Shown here in pieces: positions 35,559-45,849 of a stretch of 64,000 nt of DNA (position 1 is its first letter; each line of letters opens with the position of its first letter). The stretch is taken from NCBI GenBank assembly GCA_002197525.1, contig NFUN01000164.1:5803-69802 (forward strand), in the 5' to 3' direction. Source of the DNA: Acidobacteria subdivision 13 bacterium RH2 MAG17b (lineage in GTDB: Bacteria > Acidobacteriota > Terriglobia > UBA7540). Made by a program: the position numbers and the translations under genes. The notes beneath the pieces are model-generated. The model was not told the DNA's origin. It worked only from the letters and a program-made list of their open reading frames with translations, and ran no database searches.

Positions 35559-38057
35559 TCAATAGTATCTCGCCGCAGTTTTCCGGCCTTTTTGTTCACC
35601 GCGCAGCCAAACATAAACGGGCGACTGAGGCGCAGGGGGAGGCCACGGCAGTTCAATCTCGAGAGTTTGCTCCTGCGGATTGCCGGGTGCCGGAATGGGA
35701 ATCGCCGTGACCGGATAACCGGCGTGAGAATTCCAGCCGGTCTTTTCGATCATCTGCAAATTTTGACCGGTAAGCGTGCCCGCGTACAGAGATGGCCCGA
35801 GCCTGCGGTCGCTGAGCGAAAACTTTTCGATGCGCGGCAGGCGAATCACACGGCCGATCGTGTAAGGGTCGGATGGTCCGGCCTCCGGGTTGATGATCTG
35901 TGCCGTAAGCAGGCAGCCGGACTCCCCGACCGCGCCCGGATCGAGTGACAGAAATAGCATGTCGACACCCGTATAGTCGAGCTGCGCAACGCTGCTTTCA
36001 TCTCCTGGCTGCAAACGAAGCGGCTGCTTGACTTCCGAGCTATTGCTGCATGAAATAGCCAGCACGGGGCGCGCACCCGCGCTCCCCGTGCGGACCGCGA
36101 AGCTTATCGTGTTTCCGGCCGGAATTTCGTCCGCGCCGAGCGCCACACCACCCTGACTCGAAAAGGACGCTTTGATGCTTAATATCTTCGGGCGAGGTCC
36201 GGCGACGCGGACGAACTGCGGGATTTCTACCGGTTGGCTGATGCCCTCGACCGTCATGCTCGCGCTCAGCAAGTCTCCCTGGTGCAGGCCGGGGTGAAGC
36301 TTGATGGTAGCAGTGCGCTCGATCAACGCTCCGGCTCCGGTTGGGACCGGGGACAATGTCAACACGGCTCCCGGGCTAGAAAGCTGCTGGATGCGGTCGA
36401 GACCGGTTCCGTGCAGCACCAGAGCCTGCTCAGCCTCTCCGAGGTTGGCGCGCAGCGGTAGGCTCTGGATCACCGGGTTTGGCGGATGAACCATGACCGG
36501 AACGCTTTGGTTTTTTCCGTTGGTCTGCGTCAGGAGCAGTGCGTATGCTCCGGCTTTGAGGCTGTTCGTGTTTAGCAAGGCAGTCATGGCGGGTTGTTCG
36601 CCGCCTCCTGGCCCTTTGGGCAGGGTGAAGAAAACCGCCAGGGGCTGAGCTTTGGCGTCACCCGCCTTTTGTATAGCGGCCTTATCTACAAACTCAAAGT
36701 CCGCCCCCTTGATTTGGACCTTGACCGGCCCTTTGCCCTGAACCAAGCGATCTTCGGAATCCGGAGTGAGCCGCACGTTTGAAAAATCGCTGTACGGGCG
36801 CAGTTGCAAAGCGCCGCCCAAGTGGAATGGCCGCCAGTCCCAGAGCGCAGCCAAACGGTATCTTCCGGGCGGAAGGTTCGCTTTGCTTAGGTCGAGCGCC
36901 AGCTTATCGTGCGATGGCCCAACTGTGACTTTGACGGGAATGGCTGCGCTGTGACTGGAAGAGACTACCTGCCAGTCGCGTGCGCGCGGCAGAAGGCCCA
37001 ATTCGGCGTGAGAGGCGCTGTTCACTACAACGGTGGCTTTAGATCCGAGCGCAAGATTTACCGGGGTGGTGAGAGATGCTTTCGGGGCTTCCGCATCCGG
37101 CGGCCGCAGCATCCAGAGGTAGGCGATGCGGGTTCGAGGTTTGGGAGGTTGGTTCGGCGAGCAGAAATCAAGGCCTCCTTTACTGGACGGCTGAGTGAAG
37201 GCGGCACGAAAGTCGGTGGCGGGGAAAGCGATGGTTCTAAGGTTTTGCACAAGCGCTGCTCCGCCCACCGCCAGCCCGACCGGCGTCCCATAGAACAGCG
37301 CAGCCACCGTGGTGGCCAGGCCTGCAGATTGCTCGAGCGCTGCCGCCCTTCCAGAAACCAGAGGGTCTGAATTGGAGAGATCGGGGAGAACGGCGTGCAG
37401 GAGCACCGATGCCTGCTGCTGCGCCGGAGCGCCTGGAGTCAGCGCCGGCAACCCCACGCCGAATTGTGAGGAAAATCCGCGCAAGGCGGCGTTTAAGTCC
37501 TCGGTACCTGGCTTTGACTGCTCATACTGGGAAAGCGTCTTCACGAGCGCGTTGACCATCTTTGTCCGCTGGGTGTAATCAGCAAGCTGCGAAATCAGTT
37601 GCGGGTTCTTCTGCACCAGAGAATTCACCCTTTTCATGTCCAGCCCGTGTGGTCCGAATACCACTCCGATCAACGAAGCCCGCATCGGCAAAGTCCATTC
37701 CGCAGCCGCGTTGGCGGGCCGCGCATCGAGAACCTCCGCATGTTTCTTGGCCTCCTTTGGTTCAGGGACCACTACCACGGCGATTCTCGCACGGTCTCGA
37801 ATGGAGGGAGGAAGTTCGACCGGTTCGTACGTCAACTTGTCACCGGCGTCGATCCGGTTGACGGAGTTCAACGGCAACGGCGCTCCGCCTTTGGGGGGCG
37901 AGACCTTGAGCTTGAAGACGCCAACCGGAAGACCGTCTCCAACGCATGTCTCAGGTGCGATCGCAAAGGCTTGGTGCGCGGCGAAAAATAGAGCGCCTAG
38001 AACAAGGCATATGCCCCTACGTCCAAATCCGTCACGATGCAAAGTTCGAGGTTTCAT
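35559..38057 (-). CDS. Large exported hypothetical protein (Pro/Gly-rich, probably several beta-sandwich domains)
   Basis: Long ORF with normal codon usage, signal-peptide-like segment after ATG 38057; no recognisable catalytic motif. Confidence 0.7.
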   Translation of the reverse strand: MKPRTLHRDGFGRRGICLVLGALFFAAHQAFAIAPETCVGDGLPVGVFKLKVSPPKGGAPLPLNSVNRIDAGDKLTYEPVELPPSIRDRARIAVVVVPEPKEAKKHAEVLDARPANAAAEWTLPMRASLIGVVFGPHGLDMKRVNSLVQKNPQLISQLADYTQRTKMVNALVKTLSQYEQSKPGTEDLNAALRGFSSQFGVGLPALTPGAPAQQQASVLLHAVLPDLSNSDPLVSGRAAALEQSAGLATTVAALFYGTPVGLAVGGAALVQNLRTIAFPATDFRAAFTQPSSKGGLDFCSPNQPPKPRTRIAYLWMLRPPDAEAPKASLTTPVNLALGSKATVVVNSASHAELGLLPRARDWQVVSSSHSAAIPVKVTVGPSHDKLALDLSKANLPPGRYRLAALWDWRPFHLGGALQLRPYSDFSNVRLTPDSEDRLVQGKGPVKVQIKGADFEFVDKAAIQKAGDAKAQPLAVFFTLPKGPGGGEQPAMTALLNTNSLKAGAYALLLTQTNGKNQSVPVMVHPPNPVIQSLPLRANLGEAEQALVLHGTGLDRIQQLSSPGAVLTLSPVPTGAGALIERTATIKLHPGLHQGDLLSASMTVEGISQPVEIPQFVRVAGPRPKILSIKASFSSQGGVALGADEIPAGNTISFAVRTGSAGARPVLAISCSNSSEVKQPLRLQPGDESSVAQLDYTGVDMLFLSLDPGAVGESGCLLTAQIINPEAGPSDPYTIGRVIRLPRIEKFSLSDRRLGPSLYAGTLTGQNLQMIEKTGWNSHAGYPVTAIPIPAPGNPQEQTLEIELPWPPPAPQSPVYVWLRGEQKGRKTAARYY

Positions 38058-38361
38058 CAATCTTACCGGCAGCAAATCGCCCCTCCGGATATATGGGATG
38101 CGCCAGGGCTCTGGCGTGTTGGTCATAAGCTTCGCTGGGAACCCTAACGGCTTGAACTCCATTGGCCGGTGGGGCCGTGAATCATTCCTTGACCTTGCGA
38201 CTCAAAACAACTAGCCGCCACCCATAGCTTAGCGCGTCTTTCGACCTGCGGAAAGGGCGGAACGGATATTCAACCCTTTGTCTTCCCCTAAAGGCCGTAG
38301 CGTGATTGAATAGTCCTTGGCGCGTGGGAAGGGATAAATCCGTGCGCGCCAGGGAGGCGCC

Positions 38362-38673
38362 ATGATTGTTCTTATTGTTCGCGCACACGTGAAACCGGAA
38401 TTCGTGGAAGCATTTCGAGCGGCTATCGTGGAAAACGCACAGCACAGCATTCAGGAACCCGGTATCGCCCGCTTCGATATACTTCAGCAACACGAGGATC
38501 CCACGCATTTCGTATTTGTGGAGGCATACCGCACACAACAGGCCGTGGACGCCCACAGGAAGTCAGCGCACTACCTTAAGTGGCTCGACACTGTCGAGAA
38601 GGCAGATATGTTGGCCGAACCACGGAGCCGGGCATTCTATACAAATGCATTTCCTCCCGATCAAAACTGGTAA
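38362..38673 (+). CDS. ABM-domain protein (LsrG-like)
   Basis: VKPEFVEAF, SIQEPGIARFDIL, EAY...AHRKSAHY; GGAGG SD. Confidence 0.85.
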   Translation: MIVLIVRAHVKPEFVEAFRAAIVENAQHSIQEPGIARFDILQQHEDPTHFVFVEAYRTQQAVDAHRKSAHYLKWLDTVEKADMLAEPRSRAFYTNAFPPDQNW

Positions 38674-38682
38674 GGGACCGCA

Positions 38683-39849
38683 ATGCGATTTGAACTTGCC
38701 ACCGCGGGCCGGGTAATTTTCGGCCCTGGAACGGTTCGCGAAGTCGCGCCCGCAGCGCGAGAATTTGGCCGCCGCGCCCTGCTCGTGACCGGGCGCTCGG
38801 TGGTCCGCGCCGCGCCGCTCGCCTCGGCTCTGAGCGCGGCGGGCGTTGAGTGCTTCCGCTTCGGCATCGAAACGGAGCCCACCGTGGAGTCGGTCCGGCT
38901 CGGCGCAGAGCTCGCCTGTAGGGAACAGTGCGCCATGGTGATCGGATTTGGAGGCGGCAGCGCCATCGACGCAGCGAAGGCCATTGCGGCGCTCGTTGCG
39001 AACGGCGGGGAGATACTTGACTATCTTGAAGTGATCGGCGGCGGGAAACCGCTGAGCGTCCCCTCTGTACCCTTTATCGCCGTTCCCACCACGGCGGGCA
39101 CGGGCGCGGAGGTGACGCGCAACGCCGTGCTCGCTTCGCCCGAGCACCGGGTGAAGGCGAGCCTGCGCAGCCCGCGGATGCTCGCGCGGCTGGCCGTGGT
39201 TGACCCGGAGTTGACGTGGGATCTGCCCGCCCGCCAGACAGCTGAGAGCGGTCTTGATGCGCTCGCCCAACTCATTGAGCCGTATGTCTGCACCCGGGCT
39301 ACCCCGGTCACGGACGGCTTTTGCCTGCAGGGTCTGCCGCTTGCTGCACGTGCTTTGCGGCGAGCCTACCAGGACGGGCGGGACGCCGAAGCCAGGCACG
39401 CTATGTCGCTCGCTGCTCTGTTGGGAGGGCTGGCGCTGGCAAATTCCGGTCTTGGCGTGGTGCATGGGTTTGCTGGCCCCATCGGGGGAATGTTCTATGC
39501 GCCGCACGGAGCGCTTGTGGCAGCGCTGCTTCCCCACGGCATGGAGGTGAACGTGCGGGCTTTGAGGACGCGTGCGCCGCATGGTGATGTCTTGCGGCGG
39601 TACGCCACGGTGGCACAGATACTCACCGGCAATCCAGTGGCTAGGCCGGAAGAGGGCGTGGAGTGGGTGCGCAAACTGTGCCGCGAGTTGAACGTGCAGC
39701 CGCTCGCAGCGCATGGGATCCGCGCCGAAGACGCCCCTGAGATCGCGGAGAAGGCTTCGCGCGCGAGCAGCATGAAGGGCAATCCAATCGAGCTGACCGG
39801 CGATGAACTGCTGGAGGTTTTGAACCGTGCGCTCGGCATAACACGTTAA
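38683..39849 (+). CDS. Iron-containing alcohol dehydrogenase
   Basis: GGGSAIDAAK, PTTAGTGAEVT, VDPELT, GLDAL, HGFAG, HGAL. Confidence 0.92.
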   Translation: MRFELATAGRVIFGPGTVREVAPAAREFGRRALLVTGRSVVRAAPLASALSAAGVECFRFGIETEPTVESVRLGAELACREQCAMVIGFGGGSAIDAAKAIAALVANGGEILDYLEVIGGGKPLSVPSVPFIAVPTTAGTGAEVTRNAVLASPEHRVKASLRSPRMLARLAVVDPELTWDLPARQTAESGLDALAQLIEPYVCTRATPVTDGFCLQGLPLAARALRRAYQDGRDAEARHAMSLAALLGGLALANSGLGVVHGFAGPIGGMFYAPHGALVAALLPHGMEVNVRALRTRAPHGDVLRRYATVAQILTGNPVARPEEGVEWVRKLCRELNVQPLAAHGIRAEDAPEIAEKASRASSMKGNPIELTGDELLEVLNRALGITR

Positions 39850-40102
39850 CCCCTGGCTTGGAAGCAAAGGTTGAGCCCCCCAGCAGCCACAAATCAGCCC
39901 GCCCAATGCCCTATTCGACTGTTAGCAGGGTCGAGCGAGACAAGTGAGGCAATCTTTCAAGCGGAGCTCCGTGACTCGTGCGGAGTTTATATACTTCGCA
40001 GAGTGGAACTGGAGGCGGTGGACCGGCTAACCAAGGTGGCAAGTTTGGGGTAGCGGGTGATTCGAGCTTCGTAGTATCTTGGTATGAAGTTTGCTCCCAA
40101 GC

Positions 40103-40179
40103 GCGCCTGTAGCTCAGCTGGATAGAGCGGCAGACTTCGAATCTGTAGGTCGGGGGTTCGAGTCCCTCCAGGCGCGCCA
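40103..40179 (+). tRNA. tRNA-Arg (anticodon TCG)
   Basis: 77-nt cloverleaf: acceptor GCGCCTG/CAGGCGC, D arm GCTC/GAGC, anticodon arm GCAGA-CTTCGAA-TCTGT, T loop TTCGAGT, encoded CCA. Confidence 0.96.
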
Positions 40180-40252
40180 TTGTTTCCACTGATCAGCCTG
40201 CATCGAGCAGTTCAGTTCCTCACTGCGACGAGATTGAAAAGGGGAAAGAGAA

Positions 40253-41236
40253 ATGGATTACGTGCGGCTCGGATCAACGGGAATAAAGGTCTCGCGGCTT
40301 TGTCTGGGTACGCTGGCCTACGGTTCAAAGCAGTGGCGGGAATGGGTGCTTGACGAAGCAGAGAGCCGTCCTTTCATCCGGCGCGCTCTGGAGTTGGGCA
40401 TCAATTTCTTCGATACGTCGGACGATTATTCGCTCGGCGCGAGCGAGGAGGTTCTGGGCCGCGCTCTCCGGGATTTCTGCCCTTCCCGAGAGAAAGTCGT
40501 GATCGCCACAAAAGTGAATACTCCGACGGGCGACGATCCCAATCAAAGGGGTCTTTCGCGCAAGCACATCCGGCACGCGATTGATAACAGCCTGAGGCGG
40601 CTGGGGACCGACTACGTCGATCTCTACCAGGTTCACCGGTTTGACTATGAAACGCCCATCGAGGAGACGCTGCAGGCGCTCGATGAGGTCGTGAAAGCCG
40701 GCAAGGCGCTTTATATCGGGGCTTCTTCGATGTACGCCTGGCAATTCGAGAAGATGCTTGGCACGGCGGATCGACTCGGTCTGACCCGATTCGTGACGAT
40801 GCAAAACCATTACAATCTGATCTATCGCGAAGAAGAACGGGAAATGATTCCGCTGTGCCGGGCGGAGGGCATCGGCCTGATTCCCTGGAGTCCTCTGGCG
40901 CGCGGTTTTATGGCAGGAAACCGGCGGAAGGAGGATTTCGGAGATACCGTTCGGGCGAAGACCGACGATAGAGGGCAAAAATTCTACCATCAGGATTCTG
41001 ATTTCGCCATTGTCGATCGAGTCGGTGAGATCGCCAGGAAACGAGGCGTCTCCAATATGCAGGTCGCGCTGGCGTGGATATTGCATCAACCCGGCATTAC
41101 GGCGCCGGTTATCGGGGCCAGCAAGGCACATCATCTCGAAGAGGCGGTCGCTGCTCTGGGCGTCAAACTCGAAGCAGACGAGTTGAAGGCGCTAGCTGAA
41201 CCTTACCAGCCGCACGCTGTGCTCGGCCATTCGTGA
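40253..41236 (+). CDS. Aldo/keto reductase
   Basis: VSRLCLG, GINFFDT, IATK, SLRRLGTDYVDLYQVH, QNHYNL, PWSPLARG. Confidence 0.93.
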   Translation: MDYVRLGSTGIKVSRLCLGTLAYGSKQWREWVLDEAESRPFIRRALELGINFFDTSDDYSLGASEEVLGRALRDFCPSREKVVIATKVNTPTGDDPNQRGLSRKHIRHAIDNSLRRLGTDYVDLYQVHRFDYETPIEETLQALDEVVKAGKALYIGASSMYAWQFEKMLGTADRLGLTRFVTMQNHYNLIYREEEREMIPLCRAEGIGLIPWSPLARGFMAGNRRKEDFGDTVRAKTDDRGQKFYHQDSDFAIVDRVGEIARKRGVSNMQVALAWILHQPGITAPVIGASKAHHLEEAVAALGVKLEADELKALAEPYQPHAVLGHS

Positions 41237-41481
41237 AGGCGTGTGATGAACACGTCGATCTCGCGGGTTGACTTGCTGGCTGTTACTGCTATGTTTCAGA
41301 AATTCGTTCAATAAAAACCTCACGCAAAGGCGCGAAGCCACGAAGGCCTCAAAGAAATTACGGCGAGCCGGATTGTTGCAAAGAATCTCCGAAACGCAAC
41401 CCTAGACCCCTCTGCGCACCAAGCTATATGCGTTGATTCTCACGGCGCCATCCGCCATTGGTTCGAACAAGGGAGATGCAC

Positions 41482-42834
41482 ATGGAAATGGACCGCTCCA
41501 TTGGACGCGCCGCTGCCGTGACGCCCGGACATGCCAGCGCCGGCTCCGCTGCCGATGTTGAGGCTATCTACGTCAAAATCGCGAAGCGGATCATGCCGTT
41601 TCTGATCCTTTTGTTCGTGATGGCGTGGGTGGATCGAGTGAACGTCGGCTTCGCCAAGCTGGAGATGCTGAAGGATCTTGGCTTCAGCGAAGCGGTGTAC
41701 GGGTTCGGCGCGGGCATCATTTTTCTCGGCTATCTGCTCTTCGAGATTCCGAGCAACCTCCTGCTGGAGAGGATCGGCGCCCGCAAAACGATCTCCCGCA
41801 TTACCATTCTGTGGGGCATCACGGCCGCCGCCACGATGTTCGTGAAGACCGCGACATCGTTCTACATCCTCCGGTTCCTGCTGGGTGCGGCCGAAGCCGG
41901 TTTGTACCCTGGCGTGATCCTCTACCTGACTTATTGGTTTCCCGCGAGACGCCGCGCGCAGATGCTCGGCTATTTTATGACCGCCATCCCGCTCGCTGGC
42001 ATCCTCGGCGGCCCGATCTCGGGCTGGATCATGGGTAACTTGGGCGTTCGGGCAGGCCTTGCGAACTGGCAGTGGCTTTTTCTGCTCGAGGGCGTCCCTT
42101 CGATCATCATGGGGCTGCTTACGCTCGCCGTCTTCGTCGATAAGCCCGGTCAGGCACGCTGGCTTACCGACAGCGAAAAGCAGCTCGTCCTTGCCGATCT
42201 TGAGGCGGACAACCGCCAAGCCGGCCCCCGGAAACACGGATTCGGCGAAGCGTTAAGGGTTCCGCAGGTGTGGCTCCTGACGCTCATCTACTTCTGCCTC
42301 GTCAGCGCCAATCCGACGCTTGGATTCTTCGGGCCGACGATCATCAAGGGCCTGGGCGTGAACAGCAACACGATGATCGGCCTGCTATCGGCCGTGCCTT
42401 ACGCCGTTGGCGTGGTGGGGACCGTGCTGGTTGGCCGGCATTCGGACCGCACGCTTGAGCGGCGGTATCATTGCGCGCTTTCGTGCCTGGCGGCAGCCAT
42501 TGGCCTGGTCCTGATCGGCGTGTTCGCGAAGATTCCGGTTCTGGCGTTCGCCGCTCTCATACTCAGCGTGACAGGCGTGCTCAGCGCGTTCGCGCCGTTC
42601 TGGCAGATGCCGACGATGCTGCTGGCGGGTGCCGCGGCAGCGGGCGGCATCGCGTTCATCAACTCGCTGGGCAACCTGTCGGGCTGGGTTGGTCCCTCTG
42701 TTGTAGGGTGGCTCAAAGACGTGACGGGCAAAACCTCACCGGGCCTTGCCGTGGTTGCCGGTCTCGAGGTTCTTGCGGCGGTGCTGATTCTGGTCTTCAT
42801 GCCGCGCAACCAGCCCGGCGCTGGCGTGAAGTGA
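41482..42834 (+). CDS. MFS transporter (anion:cation symporter, tartrate/phthalate permease-like)
   Basis: DRVNVGFA, FEIPSNL, AEAGLYPG, WQWLFLLEG, INSLGNLSG; about 12 TM segments. Confidence 0.9.
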   Translation: MEMDRSIGRAAAVTPGHASAGSAADVEAIYVKIAKRIMPFLILLFVMAWVDRVNVGFAKLEMLKDLGFSEAVYGFGAGIIFLGYLLFEIPSNLLLERIGARKTISRITILWGITAAATMFVKTATSFYILRFLLGAAEAGLYPGVILYLTYWFPARRRAQMLGYFMTAIPLAGILGGPISGWIMGNLGVRAGLANWQWLFLLEGVPSIIMGLLTLAVFVDKPGQARWLTDSEKQLVLADLEADNRQAGPRKHGFGEALRVPQVWLLTLIYFCLVSANPTLGFFGPTIIKGLGVNSNTMIGLLSAVPYAVGVVGTVLVGRHSDRTLERRYHCALSCLAAAIGLVLIGVFAKIPVLAFAALILSVTGVLSAFAPFWQMPTMLLAGAAAAGGIAFINSLGNLSGWVGPSVVGWLKDVTGKTSPGLAVVAGLEVLAAVLILVFMPRNQPGAGVK

Positions 42835-43067
42835 CGCGAGGATGCAACGGAGTAGCGCGAGGCCGGCTCGTCAGTGCCGCGTTACCCAGTGACCAGTCTA
42901 TTGAGGATCGCAAAATGTAGTGACAGGCTTCTTTTGGTGCGGCGCTCTGTGAGCGCCGAATGGCCGGCGGCCAGAGGCCGCCGCACCAGCGCTTGTTGTC
43001 ACACTATTTTGCGAAGATCAGTAGATTTGCGAATCAATTTATGTCAACACCTGGAGGAATGAATGCG

Positions 43068-43754
43068 ATGAGAGTTTCTTTGGTAAAAGCCGGCACAACT
43101 GCGCCGATTGAGATTCCAGTTAACCGGTTGTATTGTGTGGGGTATGCGGGACGTGATCAGGCCAAGGTGAAAGAACATATCGACGAATTGGCGAAGATCG
43201 GTATTCCGGCGCCGCCGCGCACTCCCACCGTGTATCCAGTGAGCGCGTATTTACTGACTGACCGGCCGGACATCACGGTACAAGGCGGAGAAACCTCCGG
43301 AGAGGTAGAATTCACCGTTTTCATCCAGCCGGGCAAGACCTACATCTCCGTTGGCAGCGACCACACGGACCGTAATCTCGAAAAAACCAATATCGAGAAA
43401 TCGAAACAGATGTGCGAAAAGCCGGTGGCGAACCGGGTTTGGGATTTCGAAGAGGTGCAAGGCCATTGGGATTCCCTGATTCTGCGAGCCTGGATTAGCG
43501 GCGAAAAAGGCAAAAGCTTGTACCAGGAAGGGCAAGTGACGGCCTTACTGCCCGTTTCCGATTTGATCAAGGTTGTACAACGTGAGACGGATTCGCCGCT
43601 TGACGGAGCAGTCATTTACTCCGGGACAGTGCCTACCCACGGAGGCTTTGCTTTTGCAAAAGCTTGGGATTTGGAATTGGAGGATCCGGTTTTGAAACGC
43701 AGTATCATCCATCATTACGAAGTCGCGGTTCTCGGGAAGGAGATGAAGCAATGA
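43068..43754 (+). CDS. DUF2848 family protein (FAH-fold-like)
   Basis: GYAGRDQ, HIDEL, TSGEVE, GSDHTDR, SKQMCEKP, HWDSL, YQEG, LEDPVLKR. Confidence 0.85.
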   Translation: MRVSLVKAGTTAPIEIPVNRLYCVGYAGRDQAKVKEHIDELAKIGIPAPPRTPTVYPVSAYLLTDRPDITVQGGETSGEVEFTVFIQPGKTYISVGSDHTDRNLEKTNIEKSKQMCEKPVANRVWDFEEVQGHWDSLILRAWISGEKGKSLYQEGQVTALLPVSDLIKVVQRETDSPLDGAVIYSGTVPTHGGFAFAKAWDLELEDPVLKRSIIHHYEVAVLGKEMKQ

Positions 43755-44530
43755 AGGTTGCTCTGATTCAGATGGATATCGTTCTGGGGGACGTTGCGGC
43801 CAATCAAAAGAAAGCGCTCGCCATGATTGAAGATGGGCTTCATTCCGGGGCGAAGCTGTTCGTCCTTCCAGAGATGTGGACGACCGGCTACAAGTTAAGC
43901 GAAATCCAAAAACTCGGTGAACCAGCAAGCGGGCCTTCGATCCAAATGCTCAAATCCGTGGCGAAGCAGAACAAGGTGGAGATCATAACCGGCTCTATTG
44001 CTGAAACGGACGGCGGCAAGGTCTACAACACCGCTTGCGCCATCAACCAAAACGGGGACGTTGTTGCCAAGTACAGGAAGATACACTTGAGCGGGCTGGC
44101 GGGTGAAGAAAGGTACATTAGCCCAGGGTCCTGTAAATCAACTTTTGATCTGACTTTTGGCAAGGCGGGATTAATCATCTGCTACGACATCCGGTTCACC
44201 GAACTTCCCCGCGCTCTGGCTCTGGGCGGATGCCAAACGCTTTTTGTGCCGGCTGAGTGGCCGAAAGTCCGGGGAAAACATTGGCTGACTCTAAACATGG
44301 CGAGAGCTATCGAGAACCAAATGTTTGTCATCGCCGTTAACCGCGTGGGAGCAGACGAGAACGATGTATTTTTCGGCCATTCATTGGCGATTAATCCGTG
44401 GGGTGAGGTGCTGGCCGAAGGCTCGGAAGATAGGGAAGAGGTGGTTATTGCCGATGTTGATTTTGCGTCGATCTCGGAAATAAGAGGGCGGATACCCATC
44501 TTCGCCGACCGGCGCCCCGAGTATTACTGA
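43751..44530 (+). CDS. Carbon-nitrogen hydrolase (omega-amidase-like)
   Basis: Glu-Lys-Cys triad LPEMW / YRKIHL / ICYDIRF; RAIENQ; ATGA overlap with the upstream gene. Confidence 0.92.
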   Translation: MKVALIQMDIVLGDVAANQKKALAMIEDGLHSGAKLFVLPEMWTTGYKLSEIQKLGEPASGPSIQMLKSVAKQNKVEIITGSIAETDGGKVYNTACAINQNGDVVAKYRKIHLSGLAGEERYISPGSCKSTFDLTFGKAGLIICYDIRFTELPRALALGGCQTLFVPAEWPKVRGKHWLTLNMARAIENQMFVIAVNRVGADENDVFFGHSLAINPWGEVLAEGSEDREEVVIADVDFASISEIRGRIPIFADRRPEYY

Positions 44531-44620
44531 ACGGCAGGCCGCCCTACGTTCATCATCAGTTGACTCACAAATGTGTCGCAGAGATGGGTCTGAATACGAG
44601 CAAGCGTTTATGAGCGGAGA

Positions 44621-45706
44621 TTAGCGAGCCGATTCCTTCAGCAGCTCATCCAGGTACTGCTTCCAAGCCACGGCATGGGTGTGGGTGGCGTGGCCGCGCG
44701 TCTGATTGCTGATGGACAGCAGGACGAACCTGCCGTGTTTCACCTTCTTGATTTCGCGTTGGGCGATGCCGAGTTCGGGCGGATCAATGAAGTCATCGGC
44801 AGAATTGACGTGCATGACCCACGCCTTGATCTTGCTGAGCTCGGGCGATGGATCGTAATCGCGGGAGGCGTCCATCTGATAGAGCAGGTCGTTTGCATCG
44901 ACCGGGGGCAAACGCTTATTGAAGTAATTTTCGAGAAACCGGTCAGTAGCGGCGGGTGTGGGATAATGCATCTGCATTTGCAACGGTGAGCTGACGGCGA
45001 TTAGAAACATGCCAAGCGCAGTGCGAAGTCCTTCCTGCGGTTCGTGGGTGTATTCGCCGGCTTTCCAGGCAGGGTCGCTGCGGATCGCGTCCGTCACCAC
45101 CTTGCGCCATATGAGGTTGCGCCCGGCTATCGGCACGGTGAGGCAAGCGAGCGGCATGAGCGCATCAACGAAGTTGGGGTAGGTTTCGCCCCACAGCCAC
45201 GTGTGCATGCAACCCATCGACGTGCCCATTACCAGCCGCAGATGATTCACCCCCAGCCCTTTGGTTACCAGCAAATGTTGCGCAGCCACCATGTCCGCAT
45301 AGTCATAATGCGGAAAGCGCATGCGCAGGCCGCCGCTCGGCTTGCTCGAACCGCCGTGGCCGACGTCGTCGGGCAGGATGATGTAAGTGCGGCTGGTGTC
45401 AAGAATCTGGCCGGGACCAAAGAGCACGCCGGCAAATTCCGGCTGGAGGAACTGGCGGCCTGATGAGCCGGTGCTGTGAAGGATCAGCACGGCATTCGTG
45501 ACGCGGCCTTGTGAATCGCGAATCGGCTTGCCCAGTGTCCTGTAGTGCAGCCGCAGCGTAGGCAGCGTCTCGCCCGATTTGAAACGGAAATCGTGAGCGA
45601 CGAAGTCGCCTTGTCTTACCAAGAGCTGTTGGGCCCGTAAACCGGCCGCCGCAAACGCAAAAATGAAAACGAAACAGAAAAGTACGTATCGAAGATCGTT
45701 TCGCAT
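44621..45706 (-). CDS. Exported alpha/beta hydrolase of the homoserine acetyltransferase-like family
   Basis: Signal peptide, LHYRTLG, GTSMG nucleophile, DANDL, NSADD, GHATH. Confidence 0.85.
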   Translation of the reverse strand: MRNDLRYVLFCFVFIFAFAAAGLRAQQLLVRQGDFVAHDFRFKSGETLPTLRLHYRTLGKPIRDSQGRVTNAVLILHSTGSSGRQFLQPEFAGVLFGPGQILDTSRTYIILPDDVGHGGSSKPSGGLRMRFPHYDYADMVAAQHLLVTKGLGVNHLRLVMGTSMGCMHTWLWGETYPNFVDALMPLACLTVPIAGRNLIWRKVVTDAIRSDPAWKAGEYTHEPQEGLRTALGMFLIAVSSPLQMQMHYPTPAATDRFLENYFNKRLPPVDANDLLYQMDASRDYDPSPELSKIKAWVMHVNSADDFIDPPELGIAQREIKKVKHGRFVLLSISNQTRGHATHTHAVAWKQYLDELLKESAR

Positions 45707-45849
45707 CCTGAGCCTTTTCAGAGAAGAGTTTGACCGACGTGTGTGTTGGCGCTTCGAATTCGTCCCAAATCACCGGCTCGCGCCTAATAGTTGCAGATGA
45801 AAGTCTCCAAGCGGCCTGATGGCAATGGAATGCAGCCACACGGAGCGGA

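Noticed and set aside
39911-40189. 92-aa ORF beginning METMARLEGLEPPT
   Set aside because: Antisense reading of the tRNA-Arg gene.
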